A DNA stretch of 64,000 bases from the NCBI GenBank assembly GCA_965205265.1, contig CBDBGH010000003.1:896001-960000 (forward strand), read 5' to 3'. Shown one piece after another: positions 1 to 10,553 of the stretch (its first letter is position 1; every line of letters begins with the position of its first letter). Position numbers and translations under genes: made by a program. The notes under the pieces are model-generated. The model had not been told where the DNA came from and made no database searches. It saw only the letters and a program-made list of their open reading frames with translations. Source of the stretch: Alphaproteobacteria bacterium (GTDB lineage: Bacteria > Pseudomonadota > Alphaproteobacteria > Bin95).

Positions 1-1162
1 CGCCGGTTTCGCCATGGCGCTGGAGCGCTACGGCACGCTCTCCTGGGCCGATGCGCTGGCGCCCGCCATCGAGACGGCCGAGCGCGGCCTTGCCGCAAGC
101 TGGTATGCGACGCTCCAGATCGCCTTCGGCATGAGCGCCGGCCTCGGACGCTATCCGGAGGCGCGCGAGACTTACCTTCCGGGCGGCGCGCCCCTCGTTT
201 CCCAAACGCCGCATGCGCCGCTCCGCCGCCGGCTCGGCAGGCTGCCGGAGACCTTGCGCCGCCTGGCCGAAGCGGGGCCGCGCGACTTCTACGAGGGTGA
301 GACCGCCCGGCGCATAGCGGCCGACATGAGCGCGTCCGGCGGACCACTCACGCTCGACGACCTCGGCGCCTATGAAGCCGTCGAGGTGGAGCCGCTCGCC
401 GTGCCGCACCATGACGGGGTGGTGCGGCTGATGCCGGGCCTCAATGCCGGCCCAACCTTCGCGCGGGCGCTGGGCAATCTGGATCTCCGGCTCGACCGCG
501 CCGCCGGCCTCGACGCCGCCGCCTATATCGCCTGGGCGGAGGCGCTGACCGAAGCCTATGAATACCGCCTCGCGCATATGGGCCATGACGGCGATGCGAG
601 CGGGCGCGGCTGCACCACCCATCTCTCGGTTGTCGATGCGGCGGGCAATATGGTGTCGCTTACCAACACGCTGCTGGAGCGGTTCGGCTCGCGATTCATG
701 CTGCCCGGCACCGGCATATTGATGAACAACGGCGTCTATTGGTTCGACCCGCGCCCCGGCCGGCCGAACTCGCTCAAGGGCGGGGTGAAGCCGCTCAACA
801 ACATGGCGCCGGCGGTGGTGACGGAGCCGGACGGGACCGGCCGCTTCGCGCTCGGCGCATCGGGCGGGCGGCGGATCGCGCCGGCCGTCTTCCAGCTGAC
901 CTCCATGCTGCTCGATTTCGGCCTCGACCTGGAAGACGCGGTCCACCGGCCCCGCATCGACGCGAGCGGCGAGGGCAGGGTGACGATGGACCGCGAACTG
1001 GCGCCCGAAATACGCGCCGCGCTCGCCGGGCGCTTCCCGACCGAGGTGACCGAAAGCGCCGTCGGCCAGAAGCTGTTCGCCAACCCGCAGATCGTCATGC
1101 GCGGCAATGCGGCTGCTGCGCATGTGCAGTCGCCGACGGCGGCGGTGGCGATCGGCGGCTGA
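1..1162 (+). CDS. ggt: gamma-glutamyltransferase family protein (5' truncated by window edge)
   Basis: TTHLSVVD..GNMVSLTNTL..FGS..GILMNN and GASGGRRI motifs of GGT/Ntn hydrolases. Confidence 0.85.
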   Translation, partial: AGFAMALERYGTLSWADALAPAIETAERGLAASWYATLQIAFGMSAGLGRYPEARETYLPGGAPLVSQTPHAPLRRRLGRLPETLRRLAEAGPRDFYEGETARRIAADMSASGGPLTLDDLGAYEAVEVEPLAVPHHDGVVRLMPGLNAGPTFARALGNLDLRLDRAAGLDAAAYIAWAEALTEAYEYRLAHMGHDGDASGRGCTTHLSVVDAAGNMVSLTNTLLERFGSRFMLPGTGILMNNGVYWFDPRPGRPNSLKGGVKPLNNMAPAVVTEPDGTGRFALGASGGRRIAPAVFQLTSMLLDFGLDLEDAVHRPRIDASGEGRVTMDRELAPEIRAALAGRFPTEVTESAVGQKLFANPQIVMRGNAAAAHVQSPTAAVAIGG

Positions 1163-1746
1163 TGCTGGACGTAAGCGGCCTCGCCTGCGAGCGCGGCGGG
1201 CGCGAGCTGTTCCGGGACCTCGACCTTGCGCTCGCACCCGGCGAGGCGGCGCTGGTCACCGGGCCGAACGGCGCGGGCAAGTCGAGCCTGCTGCGCGTGC
1301 TGGCGGGGCTGCTGCCGCCCTCGGCCGGCGCCGTCGCCTGGACCGGCAGCGGCGAGGCGGCGTTCCACTATGTCGGCCATGGCGACGCGGTGAAGCCGGC
1401 GCTCACCGTTTCGCAGAACCTCGCCTTCTGGGTGCGGCTCGCGGGCCGGGGCTCGGTTGCGGCGGGCCTGGAGGCGGTCGGCCTCGCCGCGCTTGCCGGC
1501 CTGCCGGCCCGGCTGCTCTCGGCCGGGCAGCGCCGGCGGCTCGGCCTTGCGCGCCTCTTCGCGGCGCCCGCCCCGCTCTGGCTGCTGGACGAGCCGACCG
1601 CCGGCCTCGACGAGGCTGCGGCAACGGCCTTCGAGCGCGGCCTGGAGGCCCATCTCGCAGGCGGCGGCGCGGCCGTCATCGCCACCCATGTCCCGCTCGG
1701 GTCGGCGCCCGCCCGCCGCATCGAGCTCGGCGCGCCCCTCCGGTGA
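1162..1746 (+). CDS. ccmA: heme exporter ATP-binding protein CcmA
   Basis: ATG overlaps ggt stop (TGATG); GPNGAGKS Walker A, LSAGQRRR, LWLLDEP; precedes ccmB/ccmC. Confidence 0.93.
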   Translation: MLDVSGLACERGGRELFRDLDLALAPGEAALVTGPNGAGKSSLLRVLAGLLPPSAGAVAWTGSGEAAFHYVGHGDAVKPALTVSQNLAFWVRLAGRGSVAAGLEAVGLAALAGLPARLLSAGQRRRLGLARLFAAPAPLWLLDEPTAGLDEAAATAFERGLEAHLAGGGAAVIATHVPLGSAPARRIELGAPLR

Positions 1747-2393
1747 GGCTGTTCCTCGCCCTGCTCGGCCGCGATCTCGCGCTCGCCGGCAGGCAGGGCG
1801 GGGAAAGCGGGCTGGCGCTGCTGTTCTTCGTGCTGGGCGCGGTGCTGTTCCCGCTGGGCCTCGGGCCCGATCCCGGCACACTCGCCGGCGTCGGTTCGGG
1901 CCTGCTCTGGGTGATCGCGCTGCTGGCGGCGCTCCTGTCGCTGGAGCGGCTGTTCCGCCCGGACTGGGAGGACAGTACGCTCGACCTGCTGGCCGCCCGC
2001 CCGGAACCGCTGGCGGCGGTCGTGCTCGCCAAATGCGCCGCGCACTGGCTCGCGACCGGCCTGCCGATGGCCGTCATCGCGCCGCTGCTCGGCTCCATGC
2101 TGGCCGTGCCGGACGAACGCCTCGGCCTGCTGGCGCTCTCCTTCCTCATCGGCACACCGGCGCTCACGCTCATCGGGGCGGCCGGCGCGGCGCTCACGCT
2201 CGGCGCGCGGCTCGGCGGGGTCTTGACGGCCGTTCTCGTGCTGCCGCTCTATATTCCCGTCCTGATCTTCGGGGCCGCCGCCGCCGAAGGCCGGGAGGGC
2301 GCGCTCGCCCTGCTTGCCGCACTGGCGCTGGCTGCGCTGGCGCTGGCACCGGCGGCGGCGGCGGCCGCACTCCGTCACGCCGTGGAGCAATAG
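1743..2393 (+). CDS. ccmB: heme exporter permease CcmB
   Basis: GTG overlaps ccmA stop; LLSLERLF..DWED.TLDLL, AKC.AHWL, LVLPLYIPVLIFG. Confidence 0.93.
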   Translation: MRLFLALLGRDLALAGRQGGESGLALLFFVLGAVLFPLGLGPDPGTLAGVGSGLLWVIALLAALLSLERLFRPDWEDSTLDLLAARPEPLAAVVLAKCAAHWLATGLPMAVIAPLLGSMLAVPDERLGLLALSFLIGTPALTLIGAAGAALTLGARLGGVLTAVLVLPLYIPVLIFGAAAAEGREGALALLAALALAALALAPAAAAAALRHAVEQ

Positions 2394-2398
2394 GACCC

Positions 2399-3127
2399 TT
2401 GGCCCGCAGCCTGCACCGCCTCGCCAATCCCGGCCGCTTCCGCCGCTTCGCCGGCCGCGTCCTGCCCTGGACGGCCGGCCTGTCCGCGGTGGCCTTCCTG
2501 CTCGGGCTCTGGCTGGCGCTGGTCGACTCGCCCATCGACTACCAGCAAAAGGACTCGGTGCGCATCATGTATGTGCATGTCCCGGCGGCGTGGATGGCGC
2601 TCAGCACCTATGCGGTCATGGCGCTGGCGAGTGCGGGCGCGCTCATCTGGCGCCATCCGCTGGCCGAGCTCACAGCCAAGGCGTCCGCAGCGCCGGGGGC
2701 GTGCTTTACCTTCATTGCGCTCGTCACCGGCTCGCTCTGGGGCCTGCCGACCTGGGGCACATGGTGGGTCTGGGATGCGCGGCTCACCTCCGTGCTCGTG
2801 CTGCTCTTCCTCTATATCGGCTACATGGCGCTCTGGCGGGCCTTCGACGATCCGCGCCGGGCGGGGCGGGCGGCGGCGGTGCTGGCGCTGGTCGGCGCGG
2901 TCAACCTGCCGATCATCAAGTTCTCGGTGGACTGGTGGAGCACGCTGCACCAGCCGGCAAGCGTCAGCCGCTTCGGCGCACCGGCCCTCGACCCGGCGAT
3001 GCTGCGCCCGCTGCTGGCGATGTATGCCGCCTTCCTGTTCTTCTGGGCGACGGTGCTGCTGCTCCGTATCCGCGCCGAGCTCGACGAACGCCGGCTTCAG
3101 GCGCTCGCGCTTCAGCGGTCCTCCTGA
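2399..3127 (+). CDS. ccmC: heme ABC transporter permease CcmC
   Basis: RIMYVHVPAAW, WG.PTWGTWWVWDARLTS (WWD motif), WW.TLHQ; TTG start inferred. Confidence 0.93.
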   Translation: MARSLHRLANPGRFRRFAGRVLPWTAGLSAVAFLLGLWLALVDSPIDYQQKDSVRIMYVHVPAAWMALSTYAVMALASAGALIWRHPLAELTAKASAAPGACFTFIALVTGSLWGLPTWGTWWVWDARLTSVLVLLFLYIGYMALWRAFDDPRRAGRAAAVLALVGAVNLPIIKFSVDWWSTLHQPASVSRFGAPALDPAMLRPLLAMYAAFLFFWATVLLLRIRAELDERRLQALALQRSS

Positions 3128-3609
3128 CGGAGCCGATGCACGGCCCAGGTCGAGAGCAGCACCGAGACGGTGAAACAGACGATGCCGGGTCCGGCCTGCG
3201 CGCTTGTCAGCAACTGTCCGTCCAGCACCAGCACGGCGACCGCGACGGCGAACACATCGAGCATCGAATATTTCGACACCGCGCCGAGCGCCCGGATCGG
3301 TCTTGCGTCCATTCTGCCGGTCAGCCAGGCCCAGACGGCAAGGGCCAGCTTCGCCGCGGGCAGGGCGACCGAGAACGTGCCCACCACGGCGGCGAGAAAC
3401 CAATTGCCGTCCCGGGCCAGCGCAGCGACGGAACCCAGAATCGAATAATCGGTCCCGAACCACAGGCGCTCGACCGTGATCGCCGGCAGGAACAGGCCCG
3501 GCGCCAGGAGCGCCGCCGAGAGCGCCAGCAACAGGCCCGTCAGGCCGTTGGGCTTGCGGCGGCGATGTTCTAGGCTTCCGTCTGGACCCTCAGCCGCGAG
3601 ACCGTTCAT
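3112..3609 (-). CDS. paraquat-inducible protein A (PqiA)-like membrane protein
   Basis: YSILGSV..L, FSV..P..K, SKYSMLDVF motifs; hydrophobic; start uncertain. Confidence 0.75.
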   Translation of the reverse strand: MNGLAAEGPDGSLEHRRRKPNGLTGLLLALSAALLAPGLFLPAITVERLWFGTDYSILGSVAALARDGNWFLAAVVGTFSVALPAAKLALAVWAWLTGRMDARPIRALGAVSKYSMLDVFAVAVAVLVLDGQLLTSAQAGPGIVCFTVSVLLSTWAVHRLRQEDR

Positions 3610-4123
3610 GGACCTCAAATCCTGCATCCGGACGATCCCCGACTACCCGAAGCCCGGCATCCTGTTCTACGACATCTCGACCCTGATCGGGAACGGCAGG
3701 GCCTGGCGCTACGCCGTGGACCGGCTCTGCGAGGCCGTCGAGGGTTTCGGCGCCGACCGGCTGGCCGGCATCGAGGCGCGCGGCTTCCTGGTCTCCGCCC
3801 CGGTGGCGGACCGGCTCGGCATCGGCTTCACCATGCTGCGCAAGCACGGCAAGCTGCCGGGCGATGTGGTCTCGCATCATTACGACCTCGAATATGGGAC
3901 CGACACCATCGAAATCCAGGCGGATGCGGTCCGGCCCGGCGAGCGAGTGGTGGTGGTGGACGACCTGCTCGCCACGGGCGGCACTTTCGGCGCGGGCATC
4001 GAACTCCTGCGGCGCATCGGCGCGGATGTGCGGGGCGCGGTCTGCATCGTCGAGCTCGCCTTCCTCAACGGTCGCGCGCGTATCGACGCGCCGGTCGTCA
4101 GTCTCGTCGCCTATGACGAATGA
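3608..4123 (+). CDS. apt: adenine phosphoribosyltransferase
   Basis: IPDYPKPGILFYDI, IEARGF, LEYGTD, VVDDLLATGGT PRPP motif. Confidence 0.96.
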   Translation: MDLKSCIRTIPDYPKPGILFYDISTLIGNGRAWRYAVDRLCEAVEGFGADRLAGIEARGFLVSAPVADRLGIGFTMLRKHGKLPGDVVSHHYDLEYGTDTIEIQADAVRPGERVVVVDDLLATGGTFGAGIELLRRIGADVRGAVCIVELAFLNGRARIDAPVVSLVAYDE

Positions 4124-4626
4124 TGGTTGAAATCCGGTCGATGCGGGCGGCGGACGGCCCGGCCGTGCTCGCGATCTACGGAGGCGGCATCGCCACCGGC
4201 CATGCGAGCTTCCAGGAGACGGTGCCCGCCTGGGAGGAATGGGACGCGGGCCATCTCGAATGCTGCCGGCTGGTGGCGGAAGAGGGCGGCGAGGTCGTCG
4301 GCTGGGCCGCGCTTGCGCCGGTCTCTGCGCGGCCGGTCTATGCCGGCGTCGGCGAGGTTTCGATCTACCTCGCGGACGGCGTGCGCGGCCGGGGCGTCGG
4401 CGACCGGCTGCTCGGCGCGCTGATCGAATCGTCGGAAGCGGCCGGCCTCTGGACCCTCCAGGCCGGCATCTTCCCGGAGAACGCCGCCAGCATCGCGCTC
4501 CACCGCAAATTCGGCTTCCGCCAGGTCGGCGTCCGCGAACGCCTCGGCCGCATGACCCACGGCCCGCTGGCCGGCGAGTGGCGCGACGTCATGCTGCTGG
4601 AACGGCGAAGCCCGACGGTGGTTTGA
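4120..4626 (+). CDS. GNAT N-acetyltransferase (Pat/YncA/ArsN-like)
   Basis: RGRGVG acetyl-CoA motif, IFPENAASIALHRKFGF, WRDV..LER. Confidence 0.88.
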   Translation: MMVEIRSMRAADGPAVLAIYGGGIATGHASFQETVPAWEEWDAGHLECCRLVAEEGGEVVGWAALAPVSARPVYAGVGEVSIYLADGVRGRGVGDRLLGALIESSEAAGLWTLQAGIFPENAASIALHRKFGFRQVGVRERLGRMTHGPLAGEWRDVMLLERRSPTVV

Positions 4627-4663
4627 GCGGCCCTGCCTCCCGATACAGCTTCGAGGCTGGAAC

Positions 4664-5581
4664 CTATCGCGCCCGTGGATCGGCAGGGAAGCCGGGGATG
4701 CCCCGGGCGTGGCGAACCGCGTCGCGGACGGCGTCCGCCACGGCTTGGGCCGCGAGTTCGGCGACGAGGTCGAGGCCGGCTTCGACCTCGCCGGTTGCGA
4801 GCGCGAAGAGCGCGTCGCCGTCGAGGCTTGTGTGGGCGGGCGAGACCGTGCGCGCGATGCCGGTATGGGCGAGATCGGCGACGCGGCAGGCTTCCGGCTT
4901 GCGCAGCCGGGCATTGGTCGCGACGCAGCCGATGACGGTATTCGACAGGCTGCCCGGCAGCGCGCCGTAGGGATAGCGCGGCACATCCTCCGGTGCGCGG
5001 CAGCCGGCGAGCACCCGGCCGTCTTCGCCGAGCACGCTGCCGAGCGCGTTCACGGCGACAAGCGCGCCCACCGCGAGGCCGCCCGACCGGCAGACGGCGC
5101 TGCCCTGGCCGCCCTTGCTTGCCCATTCGGACCCCGCCTCCTTGCCGACGGTGCAGCCCGCGCCGACGCCGACCGAGCCGCTGGCAGGATCGTCCTCGCT
5201 CGCCGCCTCGCAGGCCGCCCAACCGGCCTCGCGGTCGATCCGGCGCATGTCCGGGCTGCGGATGTCGAACACCACCGCCGCGCCCACAATGGGAAACCGG
5301 CTCCCCGCCAGCGCAAGCCCGATACCCTGCGCCTCGCACCAGTCCACCGCGCCGTCGGCGGCGCGAAGGCCGAACTGGCTCGACCCGCAAAGCACGACCC
5401 CGTGGCAGGCCTCGTTCGGCGCCGCGGGCCCGAGCACGGCCGCCTCGCGCGTGCCGGGCGCGCCGCCGCGCACCGCGATGCCGCCCACGGTCCCGGCCGG
5501 CGGCAGGACCGCGGTGCAGCCCGTGCGATGCTCCGGGTCGGTCCACATCCCGACCCGCATGCCTCTGACTCCAAGCGCCAT
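4664..5581 (-). CDS. peptidase S58 (DmpA/P1 family)
   Basis: TGCTAVL, RGGAPGTRE, GSVG.G.G, NTVIGCVATNA, P.HT..DGD..F. Confidence 0.88.
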   Translation of the reverse strand: MALGVRGMRVGMWTDPEHRTGCTAVLPPAGTVGGIAVRGGAPGTREAAVLGPAAPNEACHGVVLCGSSQFGLRAADGAVDWCEAQGIGLALAGSRFPIVGAAVVFDIRSPDMRRIDREAGWAACEAASEDDPASGSVGVGAGCTVGKEAGSEWASKGGQGSAVCRSGGLAVGALVAVNALGSVLGEDGRVLAGCRAPEDVPRYPYGALPGSLSNTVIGCVATNARLRKPEACRVADLAHTGIARTVSPAHTSLDGDALFALATGEVEAGLDLVAELAAQAVADAVRDAVRHARGIPGFPADPRAR

Positions 5582-5731
5582 GGAACCTCCGTCTCCTGGG
5601 TCCGGCCGGGCGCAGATTACCGCCGGGCCGCGCCTTTGGAATACACATCTTGCCCCGGCTGAGCATCGACAATGGAGAAATGCAACTGTAGGCTCCGCCC
5701 CTCGATTCCGCTTGTAGAGGATTGCGCGCCA

Positions 5732-6358
5732 ATGCCGTCCCGCATCGCTCTTGCCGCCCTGCCGCTGCTGCTTGCCGCCGGGCCCGCCTTCGCCCATCAC
5801 CCGCTGGGCGGCATGGTGCCCGAGACCTTTATGCACGGCCTGCTTTCCGGCATCGGCCATCCCGTGATCGGGATCGACCATTTCGCCTTCGTCGTGGCGG
5901 TCGGCCTTGCGGCGGCCTTCATGCGCAATGTCTGGGCGCCGCCGCTTGCCGCCATAGCGGGCATGACGGCGGGCTGCCTGCTCGCGGTCGGCGCGGTGGC
6001 CTTGCCGATGGTCGAGCCGGTCGTGGCGCTTTCGGTGTTGCTGCTCGGCGGCATGGTGCTGTTCGGGCGCAGCCTCCCGGCTCCGGCCGCCGCGCTGCTG
6101 TTCGCGCTTGCCGGGCTCTTCCACGGCGCGGCATACGGCGAGGCCGTGATCGGCGCGGAGCCGACGCCGGTCGTCGCTTATCTCATCGGCCTGGCGGCCG
6201 TGCAGATGGCGATTGCGCTCGCCGCCGCCGGCCTGGTGCGGGGCGTGCGGAAGACAGGCTCGGCTGCGGCCTTGCAGCCGCGGCTTGCGGGCGCGGTCTG
6301 CGCCGGCATCGGCCTTGCCTTCACGGTCGAGGCGCTGGAGGGTGCGCTGCTCGGCTGA
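5732..6358 (+). CDS. HupE/UreJ family Ni/Co transporter
   Basis: signal peptide ending AFAHH, GIGHPVIGIDH, LFHG.AYG. Confidence 0.9.
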   Translation: MPSRIALAALPLLLAAGPAFAHHPLGGMVPETFMHGLLSGIGHPVIGIDHFAFVVAVGLAAAFMRNVWAPPLAAIAGMTAGCLLAVGAVALPMVEPVVALSVLLLGGMVLFGRSLPAPAAALLFALAGLFHGAAYGEAVIGAEPTPVVAYLIGLAAVQMAIALAAAGLVRGVRKTGSAAALQPRLAGAVCAGIGLAFTVEALEGALLG

Positions 6359-6386
6359 CCGCGCCGGACCGCTGCATCGCCGACGG

Positions 6387-6833
6387 CTATTGCTTCGGAA
6401 TCGTTTCGGCGAGCGGGGCGACGCGGACTTCCACGGTCACGGCGCCGGCCTTCTCGAACAGGAGCGTGAGCGGGAAGCGGTCGCCTGCCTTCAGCACACC
6501 CGTCAGGCCGAACAGCATGAGGTGGTCGCCGCCGGGCTCCAGCGCCGCCTCGCCGCCGGCCGGCACGTCGATGCCCTCCACCTTGCGCATCATCATCACG
6601 CCGCCTTCATGGATATGCGTGTGAATCTCGACGCGCGCCGCCGCGGGGCTTTCCGCGCCGACCAGCCGGTCTTCGCCGCCCATGTTGCGGATGGTGAGCC
6701 AGGCCGCGCCAGGCCGGGAGGGCAGCAGGATGCGCGCGCGAGCGTCCGCCACCGTCAGCGGGCCGCCTGCCGATGCGGGGGCAGCGGCAAAAAGCGACGC
6801 GGCGAGCGCAGCCGCCAGGGCGAGCCGCAGCAT
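6387..6833 (-). CDS. periplasmic copper chaperone PCu(A)C
   Basis: signal peptide; EIHTH..GVMMMR, LEPGGDHLML.GL; ATG overlaps VWA gene stop. Confidence 0.9.
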   Translation of the reverse strand: MLRLALAAALAASLFAAAPASAGGPLTVADARARILLPSRPGAAWLTIRNMGGEDRLVGAESPAAARVEIHTHIHEGGVMMMRKVEGIDVPAGGEAALEPGGDHLMLFGLTGVLKAGDRFPLTLLFEKAGAVTVEVRVAPLAETIPKQ

Positions 6834-8016
6834 CAGGCGGCGGTCAGCACGCGCAGGCCCCGGTCGAGGCCGTCGATGGAAAGCGGGAACATGCGGTTGG
6901 CCATGACCTCCTTGACGATCATGGTCGAAGGGGTGTGCTCCCAGCGGGTCTCGGGGCGCGGGTTCAGCCAGATCGCGTTCGGCCACTGGTCCAGCATGCG
7001 TTGCGCCCAGAGCAGGCCGGGCTCCTCGTTCCAGTGCTCCACGGAGCCGCCCTTGTAGGTGATCTCATAGGGGCTCATGAAGGCGTCGCCCACGAAGATC
7101 ACCTTGTAGTCCTTGGGATAGGTGTTGATGACATCCCAGGTCGGCGTGCGCTGCTCGTGGCGCCGGCGGTTGTCCCGCCACATATATTCGTAGGTGAAGT
7201 TGTGGAAGTAGTAGTATTCGAGATGCTTGAACTCGGTGCGCGCGGCCGAGAACAGCTCCTCGCAGACCCTGATATGGTCGTCCATCGAGCCGCCGACATC
7301 GAAGAACATCAGCACCTTGACGCGGTTGCGGCGCTCCGGGCGCATGACGATGTCTAGCAGCCCGCCATTATGCGCAGTGCTGCGGATCGTCTCGTCGAGG
7401 TCGAGCTCGTCGTCCTCGCCCACCCGCGCGAACTCGCGCAGGCGCCGCAAGGCAAGCTGGATGTTGCGGATGCCGATCTGGACGTGGTCGTCGTAGTTCT
7501 TGTATTCGCGCTTGTCCCACACCTTCAGCGCACGGCCCTGCCGGCGGCGGCGCTGGCCGATGGCGACGCCCTCCGGGTTGTAGCCGCCCGTGCCGTAGGG
7601 CGAGGTTCCGGCCGTGCCGATCCAGCGGTTGCCGCCCTGGTGGCGTTCCTTCTGCTCCTCCAGCCGCTTGCGAAGCTCCTCCATGAGCTTCTCCCAGCCG
7701 CCCATGGCCTCGATGGCCGCCTTGTCCTCCTCGCTGAAATACTTTTCCGCCTGCAGCAGCAGCCATTCCTCGGGAATGTCGTCGCCGAACAGCGTCGCCG
7801 TTATGTCCTCGACGCCCTTGAAGAACGTCCCGAAGACGCGGTCGTAGCGGTCGAAATATTTCTCGTCCTTCACCAGCGCGGCGCGGGAGAGATAGTAGAA
7901 ATCGTCGATATTGTACATCACGAGGCGCCTGTCCATCGCCTCGATCAGCATGAGGAATTCGCGGATCGTCGCCGGTATCTTCGCCTTCTTTACGTCGAAA
8001 AAGAAGTTGATGAGCA

Positions 8017-8017
<1 letters not shown>
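6833..8017 (-). CDS. VWA-domain protein (CoxE-like)
   Basis: DVGGSMDDH MIDAS motif, HQGG.RWIGT.GTSP, YYFHN; follows MoxR. Confidence 0.9.
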
Positions 8018-8871
<854 letters not shown>

Positions 8872-9052
8872 GGGGGCGCCTGTTTCCTTCCTCGCTTCGC
8901 TCGCGCAGGGGTCGGGCGGACCCTAAAGACGGTCCATTCCGTAATCAAGGCGCGGCGCGGTGACGCGGCAGGGCGGCTGAGGGAGCCGGCCGGCGTTGAA
9001 CGCCCCGCGCCGGTCGGCTAGAACCGGGGGACGGGAAGGGGAGGCACAGGCC

Positions 9053-9244
9053 GTGTGGGACAACGGGCTCGGCAAATATCTCTACGGGATGACGATGATC
9101 CTCTGCGCGGCGGGCTTCCTGTTCGTGGCGAGCCGGATGCACGGCGCGATGGAGTGGATCGCCTGGGCCGGCTTCCTCGCCTGCACGGCCTACGTCTTCC
9201 GGCTGATCGCGCTCCACACCCGCGAGCCGGGCGGCGGACACTGA
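9053..9244 (+). CDS. small two-TM membrane protein, unknown function
   Basis: GGGGAGG SD before GTG; two hydrophobic segments; divergent from moxR. Confidence 0.55.
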   Translation: MWDNGLGKYLYGMTMILCAAGFLFVASRMHGAMEWIAWAGFLACTAYVFRLIALHTREPGGGH

Positions 9245-9282
9245 GGCGGTAGAGGCGCGCCTTTTCCGGCAGCGGGTCGCGG

Positions 9283-10155
9283 TTACGTCCCGTCGTCAGA
9301 ACGGTGGCCGCCGCCTTTCGTGTAGCGACTGCCTTCCGGCCCGTATTCGGCAATCAATCGGGCGATCATCTCGCGGTCGATGCCTTCGAACGAAGGCATG
9401 CAGCCGCCGGGTTGCGGCGCAACCCAACGGCCTCCGCGCTCATCCGCCCGCGAAACCACGGCCAACCCGTCAGAAGCAACCTGCAGGCACCCGTACCGTC
9501 CTTCTGGAAGAGCGTCCAGGACCAGACGGGCTTCTGCGATGCTGGCCCGGAGCTCGGTCCCCATGTTCTCCAGCGGGATATCGAAAGTCGTGTCATAGCT
9601 GTCTTCGTCCCGTATCCGGGCGAAATGCCAATTGCGCGCTATCTCCTCCAGGAGCGACTGCGGACTGAATTCGGGGTCCTTGCCCGGCGCAGCGCACACG
9701 CTCCTCCAAAGCGGAATCGCATGCCGGTCCAGCATCCAGAGATCGATGAAGTCCCGTACGACCATGCGGTTGCCAGCCGCCAGCGCCTTGTTAACCGCCA
9801 GATCGGCGAAATGAAGCCGGAACCCGAATAACTCATCGGGAACGGGCCTGTAAAATTCCCGGCTCAGCCCGTGAGTCCATTGCAGGACTGTCCTGCCAGC
9901 CGCCGGCCTGGATACGATGCATTCTCTGAAACCGTCGCGGACCCGCCCCACAGACACGGTGTAGCCGGCGTTTTCGAGCGTTGCGATGTCCCGCCCGGCA
10001 ATGTCTTCCAGATCCCAGCCGGTGAAGATGTCCTGATCGTTGCTCAGCCGGAAGCCGTGCTGTTGAATTACCGCGCCGCCGGCGAACGGACTCCCGGTGT
10101 CCCTGTTGGCGCTGAGAACGGCGGCGATGGCCTTCTGGAACTCATCGAGCGGCAT
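9283..10155 (-). CDS. AbiEii/nucleotidyltransferase-superfamily toxin-like protein
   Basis: FAGGA....GFRLSNDQDIF NTase signature; NKALA...R..RDFIDL. Confidence 0.75.
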   Translation of the reverse strand: MPLDEFQKAIAAVLSANRDTGSPFAGGAVIQQHGFRLSNDQDIFTGWDLEDIAGRDIATLENAGYTVSVGRVRDGFRECIVSRPAAGRTVLQWTHGLSREFYRPVPDELFGFRLHFADLAVNKALAAGNRMVVRDFIDLWMLDRHAIPLWRSVCAAPGKDPEFSPQSLLEEIARNWHFARIRDEDSYDTTFDIPLENMGTELRASIAEARLVLDALPEGRYGCLQVASDGLAVVSRADERGGRWVAPQPGGCMPSFEGIDREMIARLIAEYGPEGSRYTKGGGHRSDDGT

Positions 10156-10438
10156 TGCCGCCCTGCCGCTCGACTTCGCGGAGGATAGCGGCGGCCAGGT
10201 GGGCGGCCTCAAGGTCCCCGTAAAGGCGCAGCGCCCGCGCTACCCCGCACATCGCATTCAGCGTTGCGTCGCCCCGCCTGTTCCAGAGAGCCCGCAAGTC
10301 GTACTTGTCCCAGGCTTCCTTCCGGAGCGCCATCAGCCTGTCGCCGATATCGTCGTATTTCAGCGTCCGGCCTTGCCGGGCAGCACGTTCTTCCGCACGG
10401 CACACAAAGCGTCCGTCAATGTCGGCGGCGGTTGTCAT
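10142..10438 (-). CDS. small hypothetical protein, probable antitoxin partner
   Basis: 98 aa helical ORF overlapping the NTase start; W-N..VARALRLYGD pattern. Confidence 0.6.
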   Translation of the reverse strand: MTTAADIDGRFVCRAEERAARQGRTLKYDDIGDRLMALRKEAWDKYDLRALWNRRGDATLNAMCGVARALRLYGDLEAAHLAAAILREVERQGGNAAR

Positions 10439-10553
10439 ATCGCTTCATCCGGCATGAACCGCCAGACTATATGAGGCTTCGGGAGATGTCAGCGCAGGCG
10501 TCCCGGTCGAAAGGGGCTGCGTCTCCCTGAAAATTCCGCCTGGGGCGCTGCGC

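Noticed and set aside
5640-5731. Cobalamin riboswitch upstream of HupE/UreJ (GCAACTGTA)
   Set aside because: Only that fragment matches; the GGGAA, GCCACTG and GGGAAG core elements are not visible
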